Source: Octopus sinensis
Taxonomy: Eukaryota
DNA length: 64,000 nt
Reading direction: 5' to 3'
NCBI RefSeq assembly: GCF_006345805.1
Contig: NC_043002.1
Span: 116,126,001 to 116,190,000 of the forward strand
Shown here: one piece after another, positions 27,319 to 42,800 of the stretch
Layout of the letters: each line of letters begins with the position of its first letter
How positions within the stretch are numbered: the stretch's first letter is position 1
Translations under genes and position numbers: made by a program
The notes under the pieces: model-generated
Told to the model about the DNA's origin: nothing
The model's input: the letters and a program-made list of their open reading frames with translations, nothing else
The model's database searches: none

Positions 27319-27844
27319 AGAAACATTGGTCTTGGTCATAGAACAAACATCAAATTCGAGTCAATGACTTTATATAAACACAATACCTCAAACATACTAT
27401 GGTTTTAAAAATTGAACTTTGGACGTAATTTTGTGTGAGGGGAGTAAAAAAAGATAGTCGTTTGATATTTTATTTTATCTTAGTTTATTAGTTTTTTGGT
27501 AGCTTGAGATGCTTTAGAATTCCTATGAATTTTTAGACATTTATATTTACCTTTTTGATAGGCCGTTCTATATTTGTATTCGATTCGCATATATATTTTT
27601 ACCCTCTGTGTTTTTATGTATTTGTATATTTTTATATGCTTAAGAACCATGGTAATATTCATATTAAATGTTTGAGGTATGATGTTATATATAAACTCAT
27701 TGACTCGAATTTGCTGTTTGTTCTATGGCCAATGTTTCTTTATCGTTTTTATCTTTGTCTCATTTACACTTGAGAGCACTTCTTTTTTGCAGTCCTATAA
27801 ACCCTTTTGTTTCCATAAAAAGAGATAAATATTATTTCTTGTCG

Positions 27845-27876
<32 letters not shown>

Positions 27877-27991
27877 TATATATATAAAATAAAATACAAA
27901 ATGGGACAAGAACGCAAAACATCTGGACAACTAGGTGATACAAAAAGGGACAACAAAACATCCAGATAGATGATATATATGTATGTATATT

Positions 27992-28022
<31 letters not shown>

Positions 28023-31000
28023 TTGTGCATATATATATATATGTGTATATATACAAGTGTGTATATATATTGCTATACAAAGTCACTGTTCATATACATA
28101 TCTGTAGATACTTGGGAATTTATGCTACTGAGTAACGTTACTGAAGATAGCAGTAGGTATAATTTTTTTACCTTAAGCTTGAAACGGGATTTTGTACATA
28201 TTTAACCAACAGTTTAATTCATTATCTTTCTTTTGCTCGACTACAGCCTGTGTTTTATTTTTTGGAGTTTTTAAGGTGGTATTAGCATCTTTTGGTGTCT
28301 ATTTCTAGCACGTGGAGAGGCTTATAGTCAATCCCTTGTTATAATTATGTATATAATTATTATAATATATATGCAGTATTATAGATCCATTTCAGCTGAT
28401 CTTACCTATCAGTTTTGCACTGGGTAATACCCATTCTCTTGACAAACATATGAGTGCATCTTTTTTCTGACCTATGGGTTCTCAGATGACTATATATGTA
28501 TATATATTTGTATGAATGTAATTTCATATTACACTAAGAAGTGGTAGACATCACCAGAATTTTCAACTCGAGTCAAATGTAAAAAATTACTCCAAATTGT
28601 TGTTAGAGAATCCATATAAGTGGAAGTCAAGACTGGTTAGTTTGTTCTGGCATTGAGTTGTAATAGTTTTAATAATGAAGTTAGACCAGATAGTTATATT
28701 TTGAAGTCATTTAATATTGGACATTTCAGATTTGCATAATATATAATAGAAATGAATCCATTATGTCAACCTTTTCACAGCCCCTGCAAACTGGATGTGT
28801 CATTTCACCACCAACAATAGAGAGCAGTCACCATATTTCATTCCATATTGGCTACCTCTGATGAGCATAAGGTTATATAATCAGATTGTTATCTAACACT
28901 CTGTCATATCCCTAGCGCAAAACCGATTGGTAAGATCAGCTGTGATGGGTATATAATACTGTACACTTCAGATAACATGTGTGCGTGTGTGTGTAAGGTA
29001 TCTATTGTACATTGATTGGAATAGAATAACTAAATGGAGGTTACAAAATATATTCGTTTATTCTTTTACTTGTTTCAGTCATTTGACTGTGGCTATGCTG
29101 GAGCACCATCTTGAAGGGTTTACTTATTCTATTGGTCGCTGTTGCTAAACCACACCAACATTGGTTGTCAAGTAGTGATGGTGGGGACAAACACAAAGAC
29201 ACACATATGTAGATACACACACACACACACACACGCATTTATATATATACACACAATAGTCTTCTTTCAGTTTCATCTACCAAATCCACTCCAAGGCTGC
29301 TCATCAAATTTTTGAAAGCCTAGTCTTTGGTGGATAATTTTGCTCATTTACCATCTCTCCTACACCCCCAAAATTCAAACATCATTGCCTGAGGCTATAG
29401 TAGAAGACACTTGCCCAAGGTGCCACACTGTGGGACTGAACTGAGATATCCTTAGTAATGGGAACATCATCATGCTGGCATAGGTTGGGCAGTTTGACAA
29501 GATCTAACACAGTGATTTGCAACGTGGGGCATACTTTACAGACTATAGTGGGTGCTTTGTTCATGCCTGCAGCACTAGTAGGGTCACTATCTAGCTTGCA
29601 AGTCTAAGATACCCTTCAAATGAATGGCTTTATGATAGAGAGGAGGGCAGCTCATCATAGAGGAGATGAGAGGTTACAGTGTGAGAGAAGGGGCTAAAAA
29701 AGAATAGTTTTTTTTGCTGTAGAGGAGCAACATGACTACTCACATTAGTGAAGAGATGATGGGAATAATAGGGCAAAGATGTGAAATAGTGGTGTTGGGA
29801 CATTAAAATAGAACCTCATGGTATGAGGTATGTGGGGGTAGTAGAAAATGAAGTATGAGTGAGTAGAAGTTGCCAGAGTGTATAGGAAGAGGGAATGAGA
29901 GAGAGTGGGGGTAGAGATGGGGAATAAGTGAGGAAATGAATATAATTAATGAAGAACAAGAGTTAAAGGATGATAAATATATGTTGAAAGGAATTTAGGG
30001 AAGAGTAGGTGATGACTGTACGGGTTTGGTATGGTTGAAGGGTAGATGTAGTGAATAGTGGGTGTAAGGAAGATAGTAGATGGGCAAAATTATCTGCCAA
30101 ACACTAGGCTTTCGAAAATTTGATGAAAATGAAATGTATATTTATTTTCCAGCATGAATTTAAGGAATGATTTAAAATGCTGATTTAATATGTGCCAAAA
30201 AAAAAAAAAAGCTGCAAATATAATACTTTTTTTTAGCAGAAGTAATTATTTTATGAGGACCTAAAGATAGTATGCCCATATCAATAACTGTCATGATTGT
30301 ATAGGCCACTGTACATACAAAAGATTATAAACATGATAAAGGAATGAAGCTCCTATGTATCTGTGGTGTGAAGGAACTTAACAACTAAAATATCAATAAC
30401 GAAACCAGTTCTCTCATCATTTTATTTATGTGGGTCAGATAGTTTTGCTTTGTGTACTAAGATAGGCAGACTAAAGATTATGAACACAAAGTCTATCCCT
30501 TTATCTATCCTTTCCTCTATCCATTTTTTCTTCATTGCATTCTAACCTCTAAAAGATGATTACTTTAGCACTTTACTTCCTTAACCCTTTTGATACCAAC
30601 CGGCTGAAACCGACTTTGGCTCTGAGTACAAATCTCTTATTTTCATAAGTTTTGAATTAAAATCTTCCACCAAACCTTAGTCACAATTTATGTTCCTAAC
30701 ACTAGCTTAATGATAACTAAGTTATTTTACTAAATTCTTTGTTATATTTAAAATAATTGAAAGAAACACAGAGCATCTCAAAATAAATACAGTAACGAAA
30801 GGGTTAAACAGCTAACCCTCAATTTCCAAACTAGAAATATGTTACCAACTTACATGTATCTCTGTTCAAAGTCCTTTTTATCTACTTTGTTTTTTATTCT
30901 ATTATTTCTTCCTTTCCTCTCTCCTTCCCCATCTTTTTCCCTTTCTTTTTCTTTCTGTCTCTGGTTTCTTCCCTATCTTTCCTTCCTCTCTCTCTTTCTC

Positions 31001-34000
31001 TGCATATGTAAATGCTCTCTTCTGGTGTCTATCTTTTACTTGTTTCAGTCATTTGATTGCGGCCATACTGGGGCACCACCTTGAACAAATTGACCCCAGG
31101 ACTTATTTTTTTAAGTGTAGTACTTATTCTATCAGTCTCTTTTGCTGAATTGCTAAGTTACAGGGATGTAAACACACCAACATTGGTTGTCAGTCAATGG
31201 TGGAAAACAAACACAGACACAAAGACACACACATAGATATATACATATATATATATACATATACGACAGGCTTCTTTCAGTTTCTGTCTGCCAAATCCAC
31301 TCACAAGGCTTTGGTTGGCCTGGAGCTATAGTAGAAAACCCTTGCCCAAGGTGCCATACAGTGGGACTGAACCTGGAACCATGTGGCTGGGAAGCAAGCT
31401 TTTTACCACACAGCCATGCTTACACCTGAATATAACATTCCCTTGCTGAGAATTGAACCCAGACCACCTGGGTTAAAGCCAGGCATCCTAACCGCCAGGT
31501 TAAGATTGTTAACTTAAGATTGTAAGCTATCTGAGAATCATTTTAAAAGAGATAAGTTTACTCTGAATTGCAAGTAATCATCACAGAGTAGAGAGGCTTC
31601 TGAGTCCAGTAAGACAACCTCTTTAGGGATGCAGTCATGATAATTAGCAGGGCCCTTAAATTTTTTTTTAATGATGACTGGCCTAACAAACCACCCAGTT
31701 TAACATCACCACCTGCCTGGTGGGTACTTTGTGTGGCATTCACTATATTGCAAGGGTTTGGTTAGCACTGTCTCTTGATGTACTACACTGCACCTATCCC
31801 TCTTTTTTTGTTTTTAACTCCTAGCTTATTTATAAGATGCCTGAGGCCTCTTTTAGTGCTGATTGCTTGTCACCTTACAGTTGGTTAGAAGTAAAAGACA
31901 GGACTCTACTGCTATGTAGAAAGTGGCTCTACTTGATAGGAAGAACAGAAGTAGACAGCAATTCTATATGGTGTACCCAATGTACAATATGGGTACACAA
32001 AAAGTGTAGTGGATTCACTGGCAGGATTACAGAATAACAACTTCATATGTAAAAGATGTATAAGAATAGTTAGCATTGATGTAATAAATTCTTTCAAATG
32101 GCCAGAAGGCTTTATAGAAGCAGTTGGTAGCTTTTCTTATTTAAGTGACCTAATTAGCTGTAGTGATAGATTTTTCTTTTTAAAGCATAATAAGCAGGTG
32201 TGGCTGTGTAGTAAGAAGCTTGCTTCCCAAACACATGGTCCTGGGTTCAGCCACACTGCATGGCACCTTGGGCAAGTGTCTTTTACTACTATAGCCTCAA
32301 GCTGACCAAAGCCTTGAGAGTGGAATTGGTTGACAGAAACTGAAAAACCATTGTGGCTGTGTGATAAGAAGCTTGCTTCTCAACCACATGGTTCCAGGTT
32401 CAGTCCCACTGATGGCACCTTGGGCAAGTGTCTTCTACTATAGCCTTTGGCCGACCAAAGCCTTGTGAGTGGATTTGGTAGACAGGAACTGAAAGAAGCC
32501 TGTTGTTTATATATTTATATGCTTATATGAGTGTGTCTTTGTGTCTGTGTTTGTCCCTCCACCATTATTTGGCAACTGATGTTGGCGTGTTTAAATCCCC
32601 ATAACTTAGTGGTTCAGCAAAAAAGACCGATAGAATAAGTACTAGGCTTACAAAGAATAAGTCCTGGAGTTGATTTCTTTGACTTAAAAACCCTTTAAGG
32701 CAATGCCCCAGCATGGCTGCAGTTAAATGGCTGAAACAAGTAAAAGAATAAAAGAAAATATGTGTGTGTGTGTGTATCTATGCGTGTGTGTGTCTTTGTG
32801 GCTGTATTTGTCCACCACCACTGCTTGACAGTAAAAGAGACTGATTGAATAAGTACCAGGCTTAAAAAGGAAATAGATACTGGGGTGGATTAGTTCAACT
32901 AAAATCCCTTAAGGTGGTGCCTTAGCATGGCCACAGTCTAATGACTGAGACAAGAGATTAAAAGATTCAAGTAAGAACAGACTGGAGAAGCCTTTGCAAA
33001 CAACAAAAAGATAAGATTGATTGTATGACCCTGCAATATAACACTTGTGTATGAAGTGTGGTATTGCAGGGCTGTTGTAAATCAAGAGAAGTGAATGTAG
33101 AGAATTGTGAAGGCTGGAAAGAAGTGAAGAGAGCTTGCTTGAGTGGATGTATAATGTTTGATTCTCAAATGGGGTCCACATGACCTATGGGGGTCCTCAT
33201 ACGATTTTACTGGTAAAATTTACATGCAATGAATTGGGTATACTTTTACAATACACAAAATATTTTAACAATTTTTTAATACAATTCCTTATAATATTTT
33301 ATTATAAAATCATCATCATCATCATCGTTTAACGTCCGCTTTCCATGCTAGCATGGGTTGGATATAGCAGTCCAGTAGAAGGAAATAGGAATCAGAGGGG
33401 TCCATAGGGGGAAAATGGTTTGAGAAACACTGGTGTACATGAATGACAGAGCTGAGAGAACAAAAAGAAAACTCAATATAAAAGAAAGAGATGTAGTATG
33501 CAAAAGAATTGACTACCAGCATGAACATGTGATGTGAATTGAATGACAGCTGGGTAAATAAGTACCAAGTGATCAAAGTGGAAGGAATCTGTGAAAGGGG
33601 AAGACCTTGGAAAATAAGGGTAAAAGTGTTGAAAGTTGATCTTAAGATCAGCTTTGTTTGAACCTCACAAAGAAGATGAGTAACTGTGACAAGTAGAGAG
33701 AAACTGGGCTAGAGAAGACATGTGTAAGTCAGGCAAGCACTGGAAAATGGATGTAAAAATGATTATGATGATGACAATAATATTAATGATGATGATGATG
33801 GTGGTGGAGGCAGCTGCAGCTGCAGGAGGCGCAATGGCCCAGTGGTTAGGGCAGCAGACTTGCGGTCGGAGGATCGCGGTTTCGATTCCCAGACCGGGCG
33901 TTGTGTGTGTTTATTGAGTGAAAACACCTAAAGCTCCACGAGGCTCTGGCAGGGGGTTGTGGCGACCCTGTTGTACTCTTTCGCTCCAACTTTCTTTCAC

Positions 34001-37000
34001 CCTTTCTTCCTGTTTCTTTTCCCCGATTTCCTACGCAACCGCTGAGCCTGGATGCGCATTCATCCATCCATCGATGCTCTCGGTGTCGGGGGTTGACTTG
34101 CTTTCTCTTCCTCAGGTCTTACGAATAGCAAAGAACCACGTTTTGGACTTCTCCCACTCGGACGAAGACCACTTCGCTCAACAAACAAACAAGCAGCAGC
34201 TGCAGTGGTGGTGGTGGTGGTGGTCATGATTATGCTGATATTGAAGATATGGTGGTGGGGGGAGTGATAATAATGATGTGGTAGTGGAGGGATATTGATG
34301 ATGAATTTTAAAACAAAAGATATATTCAAATAAATGTTGTTTTTTAGAAATTTCCTTTAGTTCAATCTTCTTTGCTAGGATTTGTAAATTTTTTAAAAAT
34401 GTCTTTTCTTATGGTAAGTTCCAGATAACTGATGTCACCTAATTTCTGAAATCCCAAAATATTACTGAGATTTTAATTTTCAAAATTATTTTCATTGAAT
34501 TCTTAAAAAACAAAAACAAAAGCAACCACACACACACACACAAAAACTGAAATATAAAAGTAGGTAATGGTTTCTTTTTGTTAGTTTGCTTATTGATAAT
34601 TTTCAAACTAGGAAATCATAGATCACTTATTGATTTCTTTTAAAAATACTTTTTGTATGAAGCTGATTGCAAAAGCAATATATTTGGATTTCAGATTGTA
34701 TTATTTTCAATACAGAAATATATATTAATTCAATATGCAACATTTTATCTTTGTATAAATGTTCCTTTCTCTTCTCATAATGTCTGACATTTTATATTTG
34801 TATATCAAAGACATTTATTTCTTTGTTTCTTTTGTTCCCAGTCTATAGGATGTGATCGTCCAATTAATTACAAAAAGGAATCTGTCAAAGATGTTTTAAA
34901 AACAGAATTTCCAGTTAGTATATGTTTTAATATGTTTTAACTGATGTATATTTTTGATTAACAAATTTTGTTTCTTGTTTATAAGTGAATTTTTCTATAA
35001 AAATTTGCAGCAATTCATCATGATGTGCTAAATTGTTACATTGATGTTTATACATTCAGTTGAAGAATTAGAAATTTTTAAGTCGAGTTTTTGTTCATAT
35101 ATTTCTTTAATTTGATTAATAAAAAAAAAAAAACGGAAATAAAATGAAAACTATGGGTGCAATACTCTATTTTTAGGTACTGGGTTTAATTTGCAAAGCA
35201 AAATAATCAATATAAACATACATTATGTGAAGTTAACAGTTTTTGTGTGTTTTTGAATGGCTAATATGTTTTTTCACACTGTAATTGCCAACATACAGTA
35301 TTTTACAAATAAACTAAAAAAATTAAAAATGAAATGACTTAAAAATTTTAGATCAGGAAGAAAAGAAAATTAGAGCAGAATTCATAATTAATTCTTGTTG
35401 AAATCTGATTAATGACAATATATTTATAATGAACCTAATAGAAGATCCTTATGAAATAACTATAGTTAACATTATGAAAATATAACCACAAAAATAAGTT
35501 TAGATTTTTATCATGGAAAGATGGTAAAAATAAATGCACTATAATGGAGATAGAATGAAATGAAAAGGAAGAAATTATTTAAGATGATGATGATGATGAT
35601 GATGGTTATCATGATGTTTGTGTAGGTGATGGTGATGAAAATGGTGGTAGTTTTGAGGATAATAATGATGATGATGATGATTATTATTATTTCATTTAGG
35701 AACAACAGATTAGACTATTGGAAAAAATTCCTAACATCGGGCTACAAGTAACATTAGATTCCAAGAACCTTTCTAAATATCCTAGCTGTCCTTAATAATA
35801 CTGTTATTATTATTATTAGAAAATCAGTAAATAAAACTTTATTGCAAGGGCCTTTCAAGGGACACTCACCATAAATGTCACTTCAGACCATCCACCATTC
35901 GAAGTGTCTTGAAGTGACATAGGTGAGTAATCTCTCCCTTTATTTTCTCCAATAAATATGGTGGCACTCAGAGTAGGATGTATGAATGTTTGTGATCTGA
36001 AATCAACTTGGAAGCAAGGTCACTTGCTTAATGATCTCAGCTCACTTGACTTAGATATGGTAGCCATTACTGAAACCAGAATTTCTCGGACACATGCACT
36101 CAGCCCAATGTTTGGTGACTCATCTTGTGATCTGATAGGCTTGGGTAGTAGAGTAGTAGTGCTTTTGTGGAAAGAATTAGATTTAGAGATTCAGGCAATC
36201 TCCCTGGATCCAGCAGGTAAGTTTTGGTGGTGCTAGATGCGAGTGAGAGTAAAGACAGTGCCTTCAGAATAGTGGCATCCACTGGAACTAGGTGACCAGA
36301 TATCTTTAGATGCCTAGAAACCTTCCTAGGAACATCCTGCTCTTTAGTTCTAGTAAGGGATTGGAAAGGTATTTTGGATGCCCAATGAGATTGTGTCAGG
36401 TGAATCCATAGAAGGGGATGCAAAAGGCCTCAAAAACATGTTCAGATGTTTCCAACTGTCTGACAGGTACTGACTGGATCTTCCAAATGTGCCAATGTGG
36501 ACTTGGAGCAACTACAATGGGTCTTCCGGCTTGTACTTATATAGAGTATTCATTAGGTTGGCTGACAAAAATATGTTTGGGTATCTACAATTCAAACTGG
36601 TTGGCTACACAGATCACAGATTTGTGATCTTCACAGTCACCTTAGATAGGACTCATTGACAGGGACCTGACTGCTGGGATTTTTTCTGGTGCAAAAAGAC
36701 TACATAAACTAGATTAGCAAGGTAGTTAAGAGGTATCTGACAGGAGGATTAGTTAATAACAGTTGACAGGGAACCCTGAATTGGACATTTAAATATGAGT
36801 CAACAGCATTTAGTAAAAAGCAAGTGATAATGAGAAATAGATTAGAAGAAGAGCTAGTTCATAAGCTAGAAGAGGCAATTAGAATCTGGTATCACAACCA
36901 GCATGCTTGTGGCAAGGATGACCTCTGACCATTTGTCAATGCAAAACATGAAGGCTGCATTGTCAGAGCTAATGAAAGCCACCTGATGAGCTTGGGTGGT

Positions 37001-39626
37001 GGAGGCATGACATAGCAACAAAGCAACAATTCAATCAATGACTGCTCAGAATGGGTGTGTACTGTGCAGTTCCAAGCAAATGTGTGTGGCCTTCCAGTAG
37101 CACTTTGTTCAACTCTTCAGAGAAAGCAATAGGCCACAAAGAATTATGGACCTTATTACCTACCTCAATGGCCTATTGCAACTCTTGGAAGAAGAGGCTT
37201 GGTGCTGAGAAAGGCCAGTAAGAGCAAGTGAGATATGAGAAGTATAGGGTTATTCAAAAGAATGAACCGATTTCATTATGCAATATTTTAATAAGGAAAA
37301 GCAATAGAAAACTCCAGCTAAGTCACAAGTATTTACTCACAATCAACTTTTATTTCCTGTCTTATAAGTGCTCAATGTGACACCACCTGCAGCGAGGGTA
37401 ACATCAATGCTATAAGAGAATTCCTCCCAGATGCATATCAACATATCATGATCCACTGAGTTGATCGCTGTTGTTATTCGATGTTTAAGGTCATTGAGGT
37501 TAGTGGGTAGTGGTGGAACATAAATGTGATCTTTTACACATCCCCTCAAGTCTTTGCTGTGGAAGCTAGAACTTTTGAGAGGCATCCCCTTTGAAATGGG
37601 ATGTGGGAAAGTTATGTCATGTGGATGACTTCACAGTTATAGTGTCAGATACCACAGACGTTCAAGCAGCTGATTCCATTTTAAAGGAATATGAGGCAAT
37701 GGCAGAAACTAAGATAAACCTGAACAAGTCATAGGCCTATGGCTCAACAACTGGAGGAGCTAGACTATGCCAATGAACTGCGTAGTAGGTTGACGCACAG
37801 ACAGATCAGTAAAATTGTTCAGAGTCTGGTTTGAACAGGACATCCAAGTGGACAAGAGCTGGGATGAAGTTACAAGCAGGGTGGCCAGTCTCACTCAGAA
37901 ATAGGCCAAGAGGAAATTGTCCCTGAAAGGTCAAGTAGAGGTGGCCAATGCACACATTGCTTCTTTAATAACTTATCGTCTGACTGTTGTACCTTGCTTC
38001 AGTCCACATTTGACTGGACGAGAGTGTTTACTTTTCTGCTACCGGTGGGAAGGATATATTACACTGGTTGGGCAGTCCATAGTTGCTAATGTGCAAACAT
38101 GTGCTGCACCTATGCCCCTTTTTCTGGATAGTGAGTGAGTTTGGTCTCTGTTTCTAAGATGCATTTTTCTGCAACTCATCTCTTTGACTAAGCTGCAATC
38201 TTAAGTTGAGAAAAGATCAAGATTAGATGCTTCGGATCTAGAATATCTTCAGACACTCACTACTCTCTATTAAGCAGTAAGGTCAATGGAAGTTCTATGG
38301 TATCATCATTGTTGTTGTTGCCATTGCTGTCGCCGCCACCATTGTCATTTAACTCCATTGTCCATGGGTTGGATGGTTTGATGAGAACTGGACCAGGCTC
38401 CTGTCTGATTTGGCCTGGTTTCTATGGCAGGATGCCCTTCCTAATACCAACCATTTTATAGAGTGTGCTGGGTGCTTTTACGTGGCACCATATGGGTACT
38501 TTTACATTGTGTCACATGGATGCTTTCACATGGCACTGCTATGAGTGCTTTTTATGTGGCATTGGCACAAGACTCTTGCAGGTCAATCCTTAACCCCAGG
38601 GGACTGGTCTCAACACTTCTGCTGTGGAACAAGGGTCTTCTTGAGTACAGCAAGGTGCCAGGCATCTTGGTCCTTTGTCATCTCGACTGAAAGGTTCAGC
38701 ACCCTGAGGTCATTCTTCAGTCCTTCATCCCATGTCTTCCTGGGTCTCACACTTCCACATGTTCCATCTATTTTGAGAGATCAGCACTTCTTTATGGCAG
38801 ATAAGAGCAATAACATTCTCAGGGAAACACTAGGCATTGATGAGGATAAACTTTTAGCCTGGTGCTACTATGGATAACTTCTAGAAATCCCTGGCCTGGC
38901 AGTGCTATCGAAGAGTACTGCCAGTTTGAGATAAACTTTACAAGCATGGAAGGAGTGTCCAAGATGCAGACAGAATGAAAAAAATCATTCTGTATGTACT
39001 CTTGCAGTGTCCAAATATTGCTGACTTGTGAAGTTATGTCAGACAGCTGTTATTGCATGTGGGATGAATATGACTATCAGCTGGATCCATCATGAAGATC
39101 ACTCCATCACCCACCTTTATCAAGGCAGGACAGGCAGTGTTCGTCTAGTGGCTATAGTGAAAGAGATTGTGTGGTGGGTGAAGCTGAAAGGTTTGAAGAA
39201 CTTCAGTGAAGCTCTCACTTCAAAAGGAAAGTGAGGGTGGAGAGGGAAGTGCTACCTCTCTGTGAATTTGTGAAAAGGTGAGTGATTGTGGTAAAACTGG
39301 TTAGAGTGAATGGCCCTGCTCTAACTACGTGCCTGTAGATTGGAGAGGGCTTGTACCTTTGGTGATCAGTGTAATACTGGATCTGTGGGGTTCCTTGATT
39401 GTGGGGGTCCTAGTTGGAGTTTCTCCTGTATCAGAAGGTCTGCATCATTCATGTTACATTTTGTATACTTTTATTGCATTTCATGGTATTTTCCATTTCT
39501 TTCTCCCCATCCCTTATGTAAATTCCTACACAAATTGTTGTCTGTCCTTGTGATGTCCCCCTCGCCTATGCCCCTGTGGTTAATAAAAGAAATTATTATT
39601 ATTATTATTATTTATTATTATTATTA

Positions 39627-39674
<48 letters not shown>

Positions 39675-39744
39675 GATTGATTGATTGATTGATTCTAGTT
39701 TCAGCTCATGAGCTGTGGGCATGCTGGGGCACTGCCATTTATTA

Positions 39745-39778
<34 letters not shown>

Positions 39779-39799
39779 CATTATTATCATTATTATTTA

Positions 39800-39870
<71 letters not shown>

Positions 39871-42800
39871 GGTGGCGAGCTGGCAGAATTGTTAGCATAC
39901 TGTGCAAAATGTTTAGCAGTATTTCGTCTGCCACTACATTCTGAGTTCAAATTCCGCTGAGGTCAACTTTGCCTTTCATCTTCTTTTGGGGAGGGGAGCG
40001 GGGTGTCAATAAAAATAAGTAAAGGTTGAGTCCTGGGGTCAATGTAATTGACTTACCCCTCCCCCAAAATTTCAGGCCTTGTGCCTATAGTAGAAAGCAT
40101 TATTATTATTGTTGTTGTTGTTGCTGTTGCTGTTTCTAGCATAGGCACAAGGCCTAAAATTTGAAGGGAGAAAGTTAATTGATGCCACCAACTCCACTAT
40201 TTAATTGGTATTTTATTTTATCGACCCAAGAAGAATGAAAGTGTTAACTTCAGTGGGATTTGAACTCTGAATCTAAAGAATTGGAAAAATATTGCAAGGC
40301 ATTTTGTTCGAAGCTCTAACAATTTTGCAAAATAACCTAATTAGCAGTAGGGGTAAAATTTCTATCATGTAGTAGTAGTAGTAGCAGCAGCAGCAGCAGC
40401 ATGTTGGTGGTGGTGAAGCAATGATGATGACAATAACACCATATGTATATATATATTACATGTGTGTATGTGTTTATGTGTATGCATGTAATGTGTGTAT
40501 GATATTATGTGAATGTATTTTTGCTTGAATTTTCAGAATGGTATTGACGTAATATATGAATCTGTTGGAGGTGAAATGTTCGAGACTTGCCTTAACAGGT
40601 AAGACTTTACTTGCATTCTTCACAGAAATCAATATTTCTTTTCACTGCAAACAAGATGTTAAAAATACCAGAAATTTACTGACACACAAACTTTGTTGTT
40701 TTGTCTACAGCTAGTTCTCCTTTCTTCTCTCTCTCTCTCTCTTGTTCATCCCTCTTTTCTTTATATCTCTTCTTTCACTTTCTTTATCCCTCTCTCTGCC
40801 TCACATTCAATCATACATGTTCCTTAAAGATATAATTTAATGCCATCAAGATAGAAAATTTAAATCATTACAAAGAACAAGAACTATTTTACGTCAACAA
40901 TGTAATTATATATGATGACTGTGTAGTTACAAAGTTTGCTTCCCAATCATGTGGATTCAGGTTCAATTCCACTGGGCTGACAAAATCCTTATGAGGGGAT
41001 TTACTAGAGAGAAACTGAAAGAAGCCTGTTGTATATGCCAGTGTGTGTGTATGTGTTTGTGTGAGTGATATCATTTCTCCTTGTCTTTGAGTGTTTGCTG
41101 ACTGTAAACAAAATACCAACTTTACTTTCAAAACAAGCAGTGTGTGTGTGTGTGAGTATGTGTGAGTATGTGTGTGTGTGTGTTTCCCCTTTGCATTTTT
41201 TCCCCTTTGCAATCAAGTATGTTTGCTGACTGTAAGCCATGGCCTCATTGTTCATGTGGGCATGGTTGTTTGCCTGCAGCTCCATATGAAAGCATGTCCA
41301 TACTTCTTGACTTATCTTGACGTGCTGCAAGATTGCTGTGTGTAAGCTGGCCGAAACATTAAAATGCCGGGCGAAATGCTTAGTGGTATATCGTCTGCTG
41401 TTATGTTCTGAGTTCAAATTCCACCGAGGTTGACTTTACCTTTCATCCTTTTGGGGTCGATAAATTAAGTACCAGCTATGCACTGGAGTTGATGTAATCG
41501 ATTTAATCCTTTTGACTGTCCTTGTTTGTCCCCTCTATGTTTAGCCCCTTGTGGGCAATAAAGAGATAAGATTGCTGTGTGATTAAGAAGCTCACTTTGC
41601 AACCATGTTGTTTCAGGTTCAGTTCCATTGTGTGGCACCTTGGGCAAGTGTCTTCTAATGTAACCCTGGGCAAACCTATACCTTGTGACTGAATTTGGTA
41701 AACAGAAACTGTGTGAAAGCCTGTTGTGTGTGTGTGTGTGTGTGTGTGTGAACCAGACTATTGGATGTTGTTATACACTGCTTATTATGGTGTCAACCAG
41801 ACTATTGGGTTATACACTGCTAGCCACAATGTACTTCCTTGTGTTGTTGTAGCTTTCAAATGATGCCATCCTGCTGGCTAGGTGGTCAGGCCAACATTCC
41901 CCCTGAACTGAACACTAATCCCTCACAGAGTTACTCATTTCTACAGCTGAGTAGACTGGAGCAATGTGAAATGAAGTGTCTTACTCAAGAATACAATGTA
42001 TCACTGGTCTGGGAATTGAAACCATGATCTCACAACCAGGAATGCAACGCTATGCCACTAGGCCATATGTCTTCTCATACACACATGCCACCTCACATAT
42101 ACACCTATATGAGTACATATGTGTGTGTCTTTGTTTTTGTTTTTTGTCCTCCTCACTATTTGACAGCTGGTGTTAGTTTGTTTAAATTCCTGTAATTTAG
42201 CAGTTTGGCAAAAGAGACTGATAGAATAAGTACTAGGTTTTGAAGAAAGAAAAGTATTGATTTTTTGACAACTTTCAGAGGCAGTGCAAGCATGCTCACA
42301 GTCCATTGACTGAAACAAGTAAAAAATATTTGATAGACTTGGAGATTTATTACACTGGATGCATGTATATGTTCTTGATCATGCATTGAGTTTTAAATTC
42401 TTCTAAAGAGAATATGATACGATATCAGCAAGGAAACAACCAGAAAATTAAAAAATGTGATTCCTACATTCTCTAATTATATGTTTTAGAAAAGAGACAT
42501 AACTGAAGTACTGTTATCAATAAGGATTTCTTGCATTGATTTGAGACCTTATATAGTTTTAGAAATGGTAACAGGTTATTGAATCAACCAATATTTGCAG
42601 GCTATTATCTACAGCATTATCTACTTCGAACTCCACCTATAAAAATGCTGCTGCAGATGATATAAGTTCAGCAAAATTTTGATTCAGATGAATATGATAC
42701 TTAAGTTAAAAGCACTAGAATTTGGTATGGTATTATCCATATAAATCAAATGGGGTGATTATAATCAAAATAAGCAACAAGGATATCCAAGGCAGAGTAG

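Noticed and set aside
33825-33900. tRNA gene
   Set aside because: It has A and B boxes but no convincing cloverleaf and continues into about 290 bp of SINE body
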